A stretch of 34,347 nt of DNA from contig CAWDOY010000018.1 in NCBI GenBank assembly GCA_963803975.1, positions 1 to 34,347 of the forward strand, in the 5' to 3' direction. Below are positions 9,962-19,436 of the stretch, one piece after another. The notes below the pieces were generated by a model. It was not told the DNA's origin, did not search any database, and saw only the letters and a list, made by a program, of their open reading frames with translations. The DNA is from an uncultured delta proteobacterium. GTDB lineage: Bacteria > Desulfobacterota > WTBG01 > CAIYCZ01. Position 1 is the stretch's first letter. The number at the start of each line of letters is the position of its first letter. The position numbers and the translations under genes are program-made.

Positions 9962-10000
9962 AAAAAAACCCGAATCAGCCAGGCAGCTGATCGGGGTTTC
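9962..10000 (-). terminator. Intrinsic terminator just upstream of the 9928 start codon
   Basis: Minus strand GAAACCCCGATCAGC-tgcctg-GCTGATTCGGG-TTTTTTT. Confidence 0.65.
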
Positions 10001-10114
10001 TGTTTGTTTGATATGGAAAAAACTCTTTCGGGTGTCTGTTTCACGCAGTTCCCTCTTTCTGCCATTTCGTGTCATGAAGTAAGTAACAGTTTAGTAAAAT
10101 TAGCGGAAAAATGG

Positions 10115-10195
10115 AATAAAATACCTCCCGGAGCTGGTCAGGGAAAAGAGGGGGGGAACCCTGCCATCTCCAGGAGGTATCATGGGCTATACACA
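10115..10195 (-). ncRNA. Putative small RNA / leader hairpin with C/U-rich loop
   Basis: About 22-bp stem (10121-10180), loop UUCCCCCCCUCUUUU, followed by UUUAUU; upstream TTGCAT-N16-TATATT (TG-extended) promoter-like motif at about 10200-10228. Confidence 0.35.
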
Positions 10196-10364
10196 ATTTA
10201 AATATAACACATGAAAATGGTTATGCAAAGGGCCCGGCAAAATAAATTTGCCGCTCACCAGAAGGGCCGCCGCATCCTGGCGCAGCCCGGATTATACTTT
10301 ACAACATTTATAAGAATGGCATAGAATAGAATCTGGTGACCATACTTTTTTTATCGGAGCTGAA

Positions 10365-10787
10365 ATGGGCTGCAAACAATCTCCTTTACTCAAATGCCTC
10401 ACTATCATTGCGCTGCTCCTTGCTTTGGGCTGCGCTTCCCCGGTAAAAGAAAATATCCGGATACAGCCGCCGCCGGTTAATAATGCCGGGCTCACGCAGG
10501 ATGGCAAGAAGGTAGGAACCCTCACCGGAACAACGGATATCAAAGGAACCACCTATTATATTTTCAATGTTACCGAGCCGTTTTGCTTCAAATATGCGCC
10601 TCAAATAAAACGGCCTGAACTGCCCCAGGAACTCAATCAATTCCGCGACTCATATAACCTGGTAAAAAAAGATGCCGGAACCTTTTGCGCAACCGGAAAT
10701 ATCATCTTTCTTCTCAACCCCCAGACAAAAACCATAGACTATATTATTCCTCAGAATAAAATTGACCGGGTGATGGAAGTTCGATAA
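10365..10787 (+). CDS. Hypothetical lipoprotein
   Basis: Lipobox LALGC, RBS GGAG, 140-aa ORF. Confidence 0.7.
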   Translation: MGCKQSPLLKCLTIIALLLALGCASPVKENIRIQPPPVNNAGLTQDGKKVGTLTGTTDIKGTTYYIFNVTEPFCFKYAPQIKRPELPQELNQFRDSYNLVKKDAGTFCATGNIIFLLNPQTKTIDYIIPQNKIDRVMEVR

Positions 10788-10930
10788 AGTTAAAAGATGA
10801 CAGTGGGTACCGCTTGAGGTCACCCATTAAAGGTTCCTTGTCAAGAGACCCGTTAATTAGATATACTGTGATGGTGAAGACATCCGCTGCTTTTAAACCA
10901 TACTGATTGTTATGAGTTGGAGAAAACAAT

Positions 10931-11761
10931 ATGAAGGCAGATGACATAAAACAGATTGTCAAAGAAAAATACGGCGAGATAGCAGCGCAGGGAAAACCAC
11001 ATTCTGCATGCTCCTGCTGTTCTCCGGACAGCGCTGCAGGTGTTGATTACACCATCTTCAGCGAGGACTACTCAAAACTGGAAGGCTACAACCCTGACGC
11101 GGACCTTGGCCTTGGCTGCGGCATACCGACTGACAGTGCCGGAATAAAGCCGGGCGATACGGTTATAGATTTAGGCGCGGGCGCGGGCAATGATGTGTTT
11201 GTGGCGCGGCGCCTGGTGGGAGAATCAGGCCGGGTTATCGGCATTGACATGACAGAATCCATGATTGAGCGGGCGCGGGAAAACAACAAAAAGCTCGGCT
11301 ATCAGAACGTGGAGTTTCGTTTCGGAGAAATTGAAAACCTGCCGGTTGATGACGACACTGCCGATGTGGCGATAAGCAACTGCGTGCTGAACCTGGTGCC
11401 CGACAAGCTCAAAGCATATCAGGAGATCTGCCGTGTACTCAAGCCCGGCGGACATTTCAGCATTTCTGATGTGGTGCTGACGGCAGCCCTGCCCGCAAAC
11501 CTGCAGGCTGCAGCGGAGATGTATGCAGGCTGCGTTGCGGGGGCCCTCAAAAAGGAAGAGTACCTCAACATCATCAGGAAGGCAGGCTTTCCATCTGTAG
11601 CCGTGGTTAAAGAAAAAACAATCAGCCTGTCTGATGAAATGCTCTCCCCCTATCTTTCAGAAGCGGAATTAAAGGAATTCAAGAAATCCGGGCCGACAAT
11701 TCTCAGCATTACCGTTCGTGGAGAGAAATTAAAGACAACTGCCTGCGGCTGCTGCGGTTAA
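10931..11761 (+). CDS. arsM: Arsenite S-adenosylmethionine methyltransferase
   Basis: GLGCGIP, DLGAGAGND, ISNCVLNL, YAGCVAGA conserved Cys motifs; Cys-rich N- and C-termini. Confidence 0.9.
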   Translation: MKADDIKQIVKEKYGEIAAQGKPHSACSCCSPDSAAGVDYTIFSEDYSKLEGYNPDADLGLGCGIPTDSAGIKPGDTVIDLGAGAGNDVFVARRLVGESGRVIGIDMTESMIERARENNKKLGYQNVEFRFGEIENLPVDDDTADVAISNCVLNLVPDKLKAYQEICRVLKPGGHFSISDVVLTAALPANLQAAAEMYAGCVAGALKKEEYLNIIRKAGFPSVAVVKEKTISLSDEMLSPYLSEAELKEFKKSGPTILSITVRGEKLKTTACGCCG

Positions 11762-12128
11762 AACAGTCTACAGCCCTTCGAACTCCGGGTCCCGTATCCG
11801 GATCACAGTTTTAGCGTCACTGGTCACGAACCACGAATCCCTATCGTCCTATCCTTTAAAACGCTTCCAAGCCTGTTCCCTTTTAATTGGCTATTTAATC
11901 CAGCCGGTATAACTGTTGCCCCCCCAGCCCTGCTGCGCTGCAGTTTATTATCTCCTTCCCCATGGTTTCAAGCAGCGGCGTCATCTTCTCGATATGAATA
12001 TACCTATCACAGTAACTGTAAAAAATGTATCGCTGCAGCTATCCTGCGCAACATCGGCACTCACGGTATCTTAAACAGCCCGCGCTATAAAAAAATTGCT
12101 ATTAACCCCCTGTATAATTCCGGTCTAA

Positions 12129-12280
12129 CAGTTTGTTGAAAAATTAGTTTTCTTTCAGGCTGGTCAAAAACATCCAGATGCAAGGCGCGCGAAATCGTGA
12201 GGAATGAGGCGTACTTTACCGTACGTCGCAATGACGAAGGATGAGCGCAACAAAGCAGATGGGTGTTTTTCAACAGCCTG
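12129..12280. mobile_element. Non-autonomous MITE-like element (152 bp), IS5/IS1182-like ends, CTAA direct repeats
   Basis: CTAA|CAGTTTGTTGAAAAA...TTTTTCAACAGCCTG|CTAA; 13/15 TIR match; no transposase inside. Confidence 0.75.
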
Positions 12281-12427
12281 CTAATGCAAATTAATTTACA
12301 TTCTAATACAAAATACCCCGGACAATAACCCGTTCGGGATATTGACCGGGGATGGATGATCTCCTATTATAGTCTCTATAAAAGGGAAGCATCCAGAGCA
12401 TGCTTACGGGCATGACAGGACGGGGAA

Positions 12428-12748
12428 ATGGCTATGTCATTACTGCCCTTATTTATATTTTACCTCATTGCATTCTTTGCCGGCGTGGTTTGCGGATCAT
12501 TAGCACTGGTTCCCCCGCTTATCATCATGTGCTTCGGTATTCCCTGCACAATGGAACTGAACCAAAAGGGCGTGATGAAAAGCTGCGTGCCAATGGTTCA
12601 TTGTATTGTTTCACTTGTTGTGCTGTTTTCCGTTTTTACCGTCGCAACATGGGCCTGCTATAATTTCCTGCTGAAAGGGTTCGGCGGCTATATCGCCGGC
12701 ATCCTTGTTACCGTGATTGTCGGACTGTATCGATGCAACAGAAAATAG
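12428..12748 (+). CDS. Hypothetical membrane protein (may continue to 12920 via a frameshift)
   Basis: Several hydrophobic segments; RBS GGGG; overlapping frame 12717-12920 could be its C-terminus. Confidence 0.55.
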   Translation: MAMSLLPLFIFYLIAFFAGVVCGSLALVPPLIIMCFGIPCTMELNQKGVMKSCVPMVHCIVSLVVLFSVFTVATWACYNFLLKGFGGYIAGILVTVIVGLYRCNRK

Positions 12749-13133
12749 AGCGAATCTTGCAGATTGCTGGAGGGAGCCCGGCAAATACAGCGAGCCTAAA
12801 TTATTAATTAAAGCATCGCAGCTTTTCCTCGTTGACAGCCAAGCGCCCGGCGCGCCAGCAGAGCCCGATCTGTTCTCAGCCCTGCTGCGCAGGTTCGACT
12901 ACCGCGATACTATCAATTAACCGCCCCGCCATGGCAGTGATGCCCGCCGGCAGTTGTAACGCTAACCGCCCCCGCGTTTTTCTCATATTTCCCTTATCAT
13001 CAGCTCAACTCCTGCGGCCGAGCAAATTTTTTATTGCATTTTTTTGTGCGTTGCATTAGATTAGCATGCAATTCCACGCACACCGTATTTGACCACAGAT
13101 CGTTTTACACCACAACCCGGTAAGCAGAAAACT

Positions 13134-13503
13134 ATGAAAGACAATATCCGCGGGACCGGCAAGGTCGGCTGTTTAATCTGGCTTCTCATCCTGGGGGCTG
13201 CGTTTTATGTTGGCTTTAAATTTGCCGAGGCACAGTGGGCATATCTTTCCATGAGAGAAGATATTCATGAGGTTGCCAGGTTTGCCGCTTCCCAGCGGAC
13301 CCTGGACATAGAGATCATTCAGCGGGAAGTCGAAAGCCGGGCTGAAAAACTGGGGATCTCCATTTATCCCGAGGACATAAAGCTTGAGGACGGTGGAAAA
13401 CGATGTCACCATCGACGTGTCCTGGGAAGTGGAGTTTGCCTTCCCCTTTTATACCTATTACCAGGAGTATTCAGTGAGCGCCAGTCACCGGAAAGGTTTG
13501 TAG
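13134..13503 (+). CDS. DUF4845-like single-TM protein (frameshift near 13398)
   Basis: MKDNIRGTGKVGCLIWLLILGAAFYVGFKF...; shifted frame continues NDVTIDVSWEVEFAFPFYTYYQEYSVSASHRKGL*. Confidence 0.6.
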
Positions 13504-13507
13504 CCGG

Positions 13508-14488
13508 TCAGCTGGTGCGCTCCACCACATAGCGGGCAAGAGCCAGCAGCGGTTTCTTCTGCTCTGACCCGTCAAACGCCTGCAACGCTTCTTCTGCTTT
13601 GCGGATGTAGTACTGTGCCTTGTCCACAGCCCGGCGGTTCCCCTCGTATTTATTAATGATCTCCAGGATGGCGGCCATGTCGCCCGGCTGCAGCTCCTCG
13701 CCCCTGCATAGCAACTCCGTCATAATCTTTTTATCACGCACGGAGGAGCGCTGCAGCGCTTCTATGAACGGCAGCGTGATACTTCCTTCCTGGAGGTCCT
13801 TGCCGATGGCTTTCCCCAGGTCATGTTCCGTTGAAGCATAATCAAGCACATCATCCATAATCTGAAACGCAATCCCCACATTCATGCCGTAATCTGCCAG
13901 GGCCTGCTCCCTGGTGCTGTTCGCGCCTGCCAGGATGGCCCCGATCTGCGCTGCGGCCGAGATGAGGGTTGCGGTCTTTTTGGTAATGATCTGCAGGTAG
14001 TTATCTTCAGACAGCAGGGGATCGCGGGAGTGCTCCATCTGCAGGGTCTCGGCCTCAACCATGAGCGTTGCAGAGCGCGCAATAACCTGCAGGATGGCTG
14101 TGTTGCCGTATTCTACGGCCATGGAGAAGGCCTTTGACAGGAGAAAGTCGCCGACCAGGATGGTGGTGTGGTTGCCCCAGAGCGTGTTTGCCGAGGAATT
14201 GCCGCGGCGGATCTGGGCATGGTCAATCACATCATCGTGCAGAAGCGTTGCCGTGTGAATATATTCCACCACGCAGGACAGCGGGATGTGGCTTTCTCCC
14301 CGGTACTCGCAGAGCCGTGCGGCAAGCAGCAGCACCAGCGGCCGGAAGCGTTTCCCCCCGCTGGAGAGCACATAGTTGCTCACGTTTTTTATAAGCTCCA
14401 GGTGCTCGGCCAGGGAGACAAAAAGACCCTGCTCAACCCTGTCCAGATCGTCTTTCACCACGGCAATAATCGCATCAATTGACGTCAC
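13508..14488 (-). CDS. ispB: Polyprenyl (octaprenyl/heptaprenyl) diphosphate synthase
   Basis: GGKRFRP, HDDVID...RRG (FARM), KTA, FQIMDDVLD (SARM), GKDLQEG. Confidence 0.9.
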   Translation of the reverse strand: MTSIDAIIAVVKDDLDRVEQGLFVSLAEHLELIKNVSNYVLSSGGKRFRPLVLLLAARLCEYRGESHIPLSCVVEYIHTATLLHDDVIDHAQIRRGNSSANTLWGNHTTILVGDFLLSKAFSMAVEYGNTAILQVIARSATLMVEAETLQMEHSRDPLLSEDNYLQIITKKTATLISAAAQIGAILAGANSTREQALADYGMNVGIAFQIMDDVLDYASTEHDLGKAIGKDLQEGSITLPFIEALQRSSVRDKKIMTELLCRGEELQPGDMAAILEIINKYEGNRRAVDKAQYYIRKAEEALQAFDGSEQKKPLLALARYVVERTS

Positions 14489-14501
14489 TGTGTCCTCTCA
14501 T

Positions 14502-15224
14502 CTATAGGGTCCGGGCCAGCGTGAGCACATCAACGCGTCGGGCACCGTTTCGTTTCAGAACCTTTGCACATTCGTTAACGGTTGAGCCGCTGGTATAGAC
14601 ATCATCAACCAGCAGGATACTTTTCTTCTCTACTGCCGCTGCCCGGCAGCTGAAAGCATCTCTGACATTGCGCAGCCGCTGCCGTTCGTGCAGCATGGTT
14701 TGCGGGTCAGTCCAGCGAGTGCGCTCAAGCCCCTCTGCCGCAACCGCTACGCCCCAGAGCTTCCCCACCTGGCGCGCCAGGACCAGCGACTGGTTAAAAC
14801 CCCGCTGCCGGATGCGGCGCGCATGCAGCGGCACCGGCATAATCACGTCATGCTCATGCTCCAGCAGCCCCCGGCCCTGCTGTGCCAGAACGGTCCCCAG
14901 CGGTGCTGCCAGCAGCGAGCGGCTGTTATATTTAAACAGATGTATCGCCTGTTTCAGTGCCCCGGCATAGATACCCACCGCCCGCGCCGTGTCAAATGCC
15001 GGATCTTTTCCGATGCAGCGGCTGCAGAGGTGATCAGCACCTTCCGGCGAGACAAAGGGCATACCGCAGCGCGGGCACAGCGGCCCGCTGATGAGGGGCA
15101 GGGCCTCGCTGCAGGGACTGCAAAAATATGTTTCATGCGGGGCAATCAGAAATTTCCTGCACAGCAGGCACCGCGGGGGAAAGAAGAAGTCGGCAGCTGC
15201 GGTAAAAAAGTTTCTGAAGCCCAT
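14502..15224 (-). CDS. comF: ComF family protein (double zinc ribbon + phosphoribosyltransferase)
   Basis: FFPPRCLLC, CSPC, CPRC, CSRC; PVPLH..R..QRGFNQS; LLVDDVYTSGST; start may be 15245. Confidence 0.9.
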   Translation of the reverse strand: MGFRNFFTAAADFFFPPRCLLCRKFLIAPHETYFCSPCSEALPLISGPLCPRCGMPFVSPEGADHLCSRCIGKDPAFDTARAVGIYAGALKQAIHLFKYNSRSLLAAPLGTVLAQQGRGLLEHEHDVIMPVPLHARRIRQRGFNQSLVLARQVGKLWGVAVAAEGLERTRWTDPQTMLHERQRLRNVRDAFSCRAAAVEKKSILLVDDVYTSGSTVNECAKVLKRNGARRVDVLTLARTL

Positions 15225-15282
15225 GCGATAAAATCCAAATGCCAAAGCTCAAATGACAAATCAATGACCACGGTACAGCCTG

Positions 15283-15726
15283 TTAGCTCTTTTTCTTCCG
15301 TGTCCCAGCCTTTGTCTTTTCGGTTTTGGTTTTTTTTGCCGTTTTAGTTTTGTCCCCGGGCATTGCGCTCTCTGTCGCGCCATCAATTTCTACCGGGATT
15401 CTCTGCGCATCTGTCCACAGCCGCTCCAGGTCATAAAATTCCCGCACCGGCTCATGAAAAACATGTATTACCACATCAGCACAGTCAAGCAGAACCCATC
15501 TGCCTTCACGCACGCCTTCAACCCCCAGCGGGAGCATGCCCGCCTGTTTGCCGCTTATTTCAAGATGCGCGGCAATGGCTTGCACATGGCGATCTGAGGT
15601 GCCGCTGCAGATGATAAAATAACTGGTAAAGGATGACTGTTCCTGCACATCAAGGACCACCAGATCAACGGCCTTCTTGTCCAGCGCCAGATGCGCATAC
15701 CACAAAGCTTTTTCTTTTGCGTCCAA
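15283..15726 (-). CDS. rsfS: Ribosome silencing factor
   Basis: DKKAVD, YFIICSGTSDRHV, WVLLDC.DVVIHVF...REFYDLERLW. Confidence 0.93.
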   Translation of the reverse strand: MDAKEKALWYAHLALDKKAVDLVVLDVQEQSSFTSYFIICSGTSDRHVQAIAAHLEISGKQAGMLPLGVEGVREGRWVLLDCADVVIHVFHEPVREFYDLERLWTDAQRIPVEIDGATESAMPGDKTKTAKKTKTEKTKAGTRKKKS

Positions 15727-15768
15727 TACTTCGTGCTCCTTTCAGCTGTAGAAAAAACAATTTTTTCA

Positions 15769-16479
15769 TCACCCGGCCGGCGGGCGCTGCGGCTGCCGGC
15801 CCGGCGCTGCGGTTATCCGATAGAGCTGGTGCCCGGCAATATAGCGTTCCACCTCGCGGGGAACCAGGTACCTGATAGATTTCCCCGCGGCCGTGCAGGC
15901 GCGGATAACCGTTGAAGAAATGTCAAGCGGCGTCACCGGGGCAGTATAAATGCGGCAGCCCGAGGTGTGAACAAAGCACTGCTCCCGCTCCTGCCGGGTA
16001 AACTCTTTTTCTATATCACGGGGAATAAGCTCAGCAGGCTGCACATCGTGTGCGCCGGGACGGGTCATGACAATAAAATTGCAGGCAGAGAAAAATGCCG
16101 GATAGTCCTTCCAGACAGGAATTTCCCGGAATGCATCCATGCCCATGATAAAAAACAGTTCCTCCTGACCCCGGGAAAGCCCGTGAAAATGCCGTATGGT
16201 GTCTATGGAATAGGATTTCCCCGGCCTCTGCAGCTCGATGTCTGAAACCTGAAAAAAGGAATTGCCGCGGATGGCTTTTTTCACCATGGCACAGCGGTGC
16301 TCTGAAGAAATAACATCGGCCTTCTTGTGCGGCGCAACATGTACCGGGATAAAAATGACGCGAGAGAGATCGAACCGTTCACGAATTTCTTCTGCAGAGC
16401 GCAGATGCCCCCAGTGAATGGGATTGAAGGTCCCGCCGAAAAGACCGACTCTGGTATTCTTTCCTGTATCTCTTTTCAA
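15769..16479 (-). CDS. nadD: Nicotinate-nucleotide adenylyltransferase
   Basis: GLFGGTFNPIHWGH, PHK, SYSIDT, FIMGMD, ISSTVIR. Confidence 0.93.
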   Translation of the reverse strand: MKRDTGKNTRVGLFGGTFNPIHWGHLRSAEEIRERFDLSRVIFIPVHVAPHKKADVISSEHRCAMVKKAIRGNSFFQVSDIELQRPGKSYSIDTIRHFHGLSRGQEELFFIMGMDAFREIPVWKDYPAFFSACNFIVMTRPGAHDVQPAELIPRDIEKEFTRQEREQCFVHTSGCRIYTAPVTPLDISSTVIRACTAAGKSIRYLVPREVERYIAGHQLYRITAAPGRQPQRPPAG

Positions 16480-16598
16480 ACCGCTGCTGCCGCGCTTAGA
16501 AAAAGTTTCTTAGTGCTGAGTAACGAGTAGCTGAGCAGAAAAAGGATTGCTGGCCGTGCTCTGTCACTCTGAACTCTTAACTCTGAATTCGCAACTTG

Positions 16599-17856
16599 TT
16601 ACGTTCTTACCTGCCCCTCTCCGTATACAATAAATTTTGTCGTGGTGAGCTCGACAAGCCCCATGGGGCCGAAGGCATGCAGCTTTGAAGTGCTGATGCC
16701 GATCTCAGCGCCGAGGCCAAGCTGATTGCCGTCATTAAAACGGGTAGAGGCATTGACCAGCACCACCGATGAATTAACCTCCCGCAAAAATTTCTGCGAG
16801 CTGTTATAGTCGCTGGTCACAATGGCCTCCGTGTGCAGGGAGCCGTAGCGGGCTATGTGGTCAATGGCATCATCAATAGAGTCCACCACGCGCATTGACA
16901 GCCTCAGGTCCAGATATTCTGTTGACCAGTCCTCTTCTGTGGCCTGCTCTGCTTCCGGGACCATCCGGCAGGTGCGCTCGCAGCCGCGGATGGTAACACC
17001 TTCCGTGCGCAGGGCGCTTGCCAGCGCTGCCAGATGTTTTTCAGCAAACACCCGGTGCACCAGCAGCGTCTCCATGGCATTGCACACGCCGGGGCGCTGC
17101 ACTTTTGCATTCAGGCTGATGGTTTGCGCCATGCCGGGGTCTGCTGAGGCGTCAATAAAAACATGGCAGACTCCCTTGTAGTGGGCAATCACCGGTATTT
17201 TTGAATGCTCATACACGGTGCGGATCAGGGATTCACCGCCTCGCGGGATGATGACATCAATATAGTCGGAGAGCTGCAGCAGCTCGAGCACCGCGTCCCG
17301 GTCTGCAGTAGGGATTACCTGGATTGCTGCCGGGTGAATCTGCTCGCTCGTGAGCACCTCCTGCATGAGCGCCGCCAGGGCGCGGTTTGAATGCAGGGCC
17401 TCGCTGCCGCCCCGAAGAATTACGGCGTTGCCGGCCTTGAGGCACAGCCCTGCTGCATCCACCGTGACATTGGGCCGCGATTCGTAAATCATGCCGATCA
17501 CGCCGATGGGGATGCGCATCCTGCCGACGAGCAGGCCGTTGGGCCGCTTCCACATGCCGGTCACCTCGCCGACCGGATCGGGAAGCTGCGCCACCTCTTC
17601 CAGCGCGGCGCTCATCTCATCAAGCACCGCCGCCGGAAAGTGTCAGCCGCTCAATAAAGGCTGCCGGCTGCTGCTGGCTGCGGGCCGCGGCCACATCTTT
17701 TGCATTTTCTGTCTGCAGCAGGGATTTTTTTTCAGCGAGCAGCCGGGCAATGCCCCGCAGCACCCGGTTCTTCTGCGCGGTGGTCAGTGATGCAACCGAG
17801 CGGGAAGCCTCCCGCGCAGTGCGTGCGATGGTGAGAATGTGCTGCGACACTTCCAT
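16599..17856 (-). CDS. proA: Gamma-glutamyl phosphate reductase (frameshift near 17635)
   Basis: 17620-17856 is the N-terminus (ERLTL); 16599-17627 has [38 protein letters not shown]. Confidence 0.93.
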
Positions 17857-17857
17857 G

Positions 17858-19042
17858 TTAGTCTTCTCTCAATACTACCAGGTCATCCCGGTTTATCACT
17901 TCCTGGGCCGGGCAATGGCCGAGCACCTTTTTTATCTCTGCGGTCTTGCAGCCCCGTATCCGCTCAATTTCAGCAGACCCGTAGCGTGTCAATCCCCGGG
18001 CAAAGGGGGCGCCGCTCCGGTCGCAGCAGGCTACCGCTTCTCCGGCATCAAATTCTCCGCGCACCTGAATAATGCCTGAGGGCAGGAGGCTGGTGCCTTT
18101 CCTGAGAATAGCGTCTTTTGCCCCGTCGTCAACTATAATTTCACCCTGGGGTTTTAAGGTGAAGGCGATCCACTGCTTGCGGCTCGCGAGCTTGTTCTGC
18201 TCAGGAAGGATCAGCGTGCCCACATCCCTGCCCTGCAGAATTTTTTCCAGGTTGCCGGGGGTTTTACCGTTGGCAATAATGGTGGGGACACCAAACAGCG
18301 CAGCGGTCCTGGCCGCCGCAATCTTGGTGGCCATCCCCCCGCGGCTTATGGTGCTCCTGGTGCCGTTTGCCAGCCGCTCTATGCCTGCCGTGATATTGCG
18401 CACCAGGGGAATGAGCCGTGCCGACGGGCAGGTCTTGGGGTCGCGGTCATAGAGCCCGTCAATATCGGTCAGTATTATGAGCAGGTCTGCCTGCACCAGG
18501 CTGGTAACCAGAGCTGACAGGTGGTCGTTGTCTCCAAACCGGATCTCGTCAACAACCGTGGAGTCATTTTCGTTGATGATGGGAATGATATGATACTCAA
18601 GCAGGCTGCTCAGCGCGTGCCGGGCATTTAAGAACCGCCTGCGGTCCTTCAGGTCGCTGTGCGTCAGCAGCACCTGGGCAACGCTCACATCGAGCTGCCC
18701 GAAGAGGCGCTGATACAATCCCATGAGACTTATCTGGCCGATTGCTGCTGCCGCCTGTTCCAGGGGAATGAGCCGGGGCCGCTCTCTGAAGCCCAGTTTG
18801 CCCATGCCGGCAGCAATCGCGCCGGAAGAAACCAGAATAAAATCGCCCCGGCGCTTTCGTGCCCGGGCAATGGTTGCGGTGATATCGGCAAATACTTTCC
18901 TGTCCAGCTTCCACCCGGCAGTGGTCAAAACATTACTCCCGAGCTTTACGACCGTGCGCTTTACCTGCTGTAGTATGCCTTTTCTGATCTGTTCAGTGGA
19001 CAAGGATTCCTTCCTGAATGAAAGGTCACGCGCCCCGGACAC
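17858..19042 (-). CDS. proB: Glutamate 5-kinase with PUA domain
   Basis: VVKLGS, VSSGAIAAG, PIINENDS, FGDND, GGMATK, C-terminal PUA (DDGA...SLLPSGI). Confidence 0.95.
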   Translation of the reverse strand: MSGARDLSFRKESLSTEQIRKGILQQVKRTVVKLGSNVLTTAGWKLDRKVFADITATIARARKRRGDFILVSSGAIAAGMGKLGFRERPRLIPLEQAAAAIGQISLMGLYQRLFGQLDVSVAQVLLTHSDLKDRRRFLNARHALSSLLEYHIIPIINENDSTVVDEIRFGDNDHLSALVTSLVQADLLIILTDIDGLYDRDPKTCPSARLIPLVRNITAGIERLANGTRSTISRGGMATKIAAARTAALFGVPTIIANGKTPGNLEKILQGRDVGTLILPEQNKLASRKQWIAFTLKPQGEIIVDDGAKDAILRKGTSLLPSGIIQVRGEFDAGEAVACCDRSGAPFARGLTRYGSAEIERIRGCKTAEIKKVLGHCPAQEVINRDDLVVLRED

Positions 19043-19057
19043 TTCCGGGACTGCATG

Positions 19058-19312
19058 TTATGCAGCTACGATGGTAACCCGTTTTCTGCCTTTGCCGAAA
19101 TCTTCAAACTTCACCACCCCGTCGATCTTGGCAAACAGGGTGAAGTCCCTGCCCATGCCCACATTCACGCCCGGGTGAATTCTGGTGCCGACCTGGCGGA
19201 TCAGAATGTTTCCTGCCTTTACCTTCTCGCCGCCGTAGCGCTTGGTGCCGAAGCGCTGGCCGGCGCTGTCACGTCCGTTACGGGAGCTGCCTCCTGCTTT
19301 CTTATGAGCCAT
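19058..19312 (-). CDS. rpmA: 50S ribosomal protein L27
   Basis: [16 protein letters not shown]...GRDFTLFA. Confidence 0.97.
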   Translation of the reverse strand: MAHKKAGGSSRNGRDSAGQRFGTKRYGGEKVKAGNILIRQVGTRIHPGVNVGMGRDFTLFAKIDGVVKFEDFGKGRKRVTIVAA

Positions 19313-19436
19313 AACAAAAATCTCCTTTTATATAGTAATGAAATTCTAAATGCTAATTCCTAAATCCTTGACATTTGGATTTTGTACTTTGACATTGTTT
19401 GTTTCGAAGTTGGTTCTTCGAATTCAGGAATGATGT

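Noticed and set aside
9929..10075. ORF starts at 10065/10075 for the truncated paralog
   Set aside because: They run through a terminator hairpin; RBS plus ATG 9928 gives a cleaner signal peptide.
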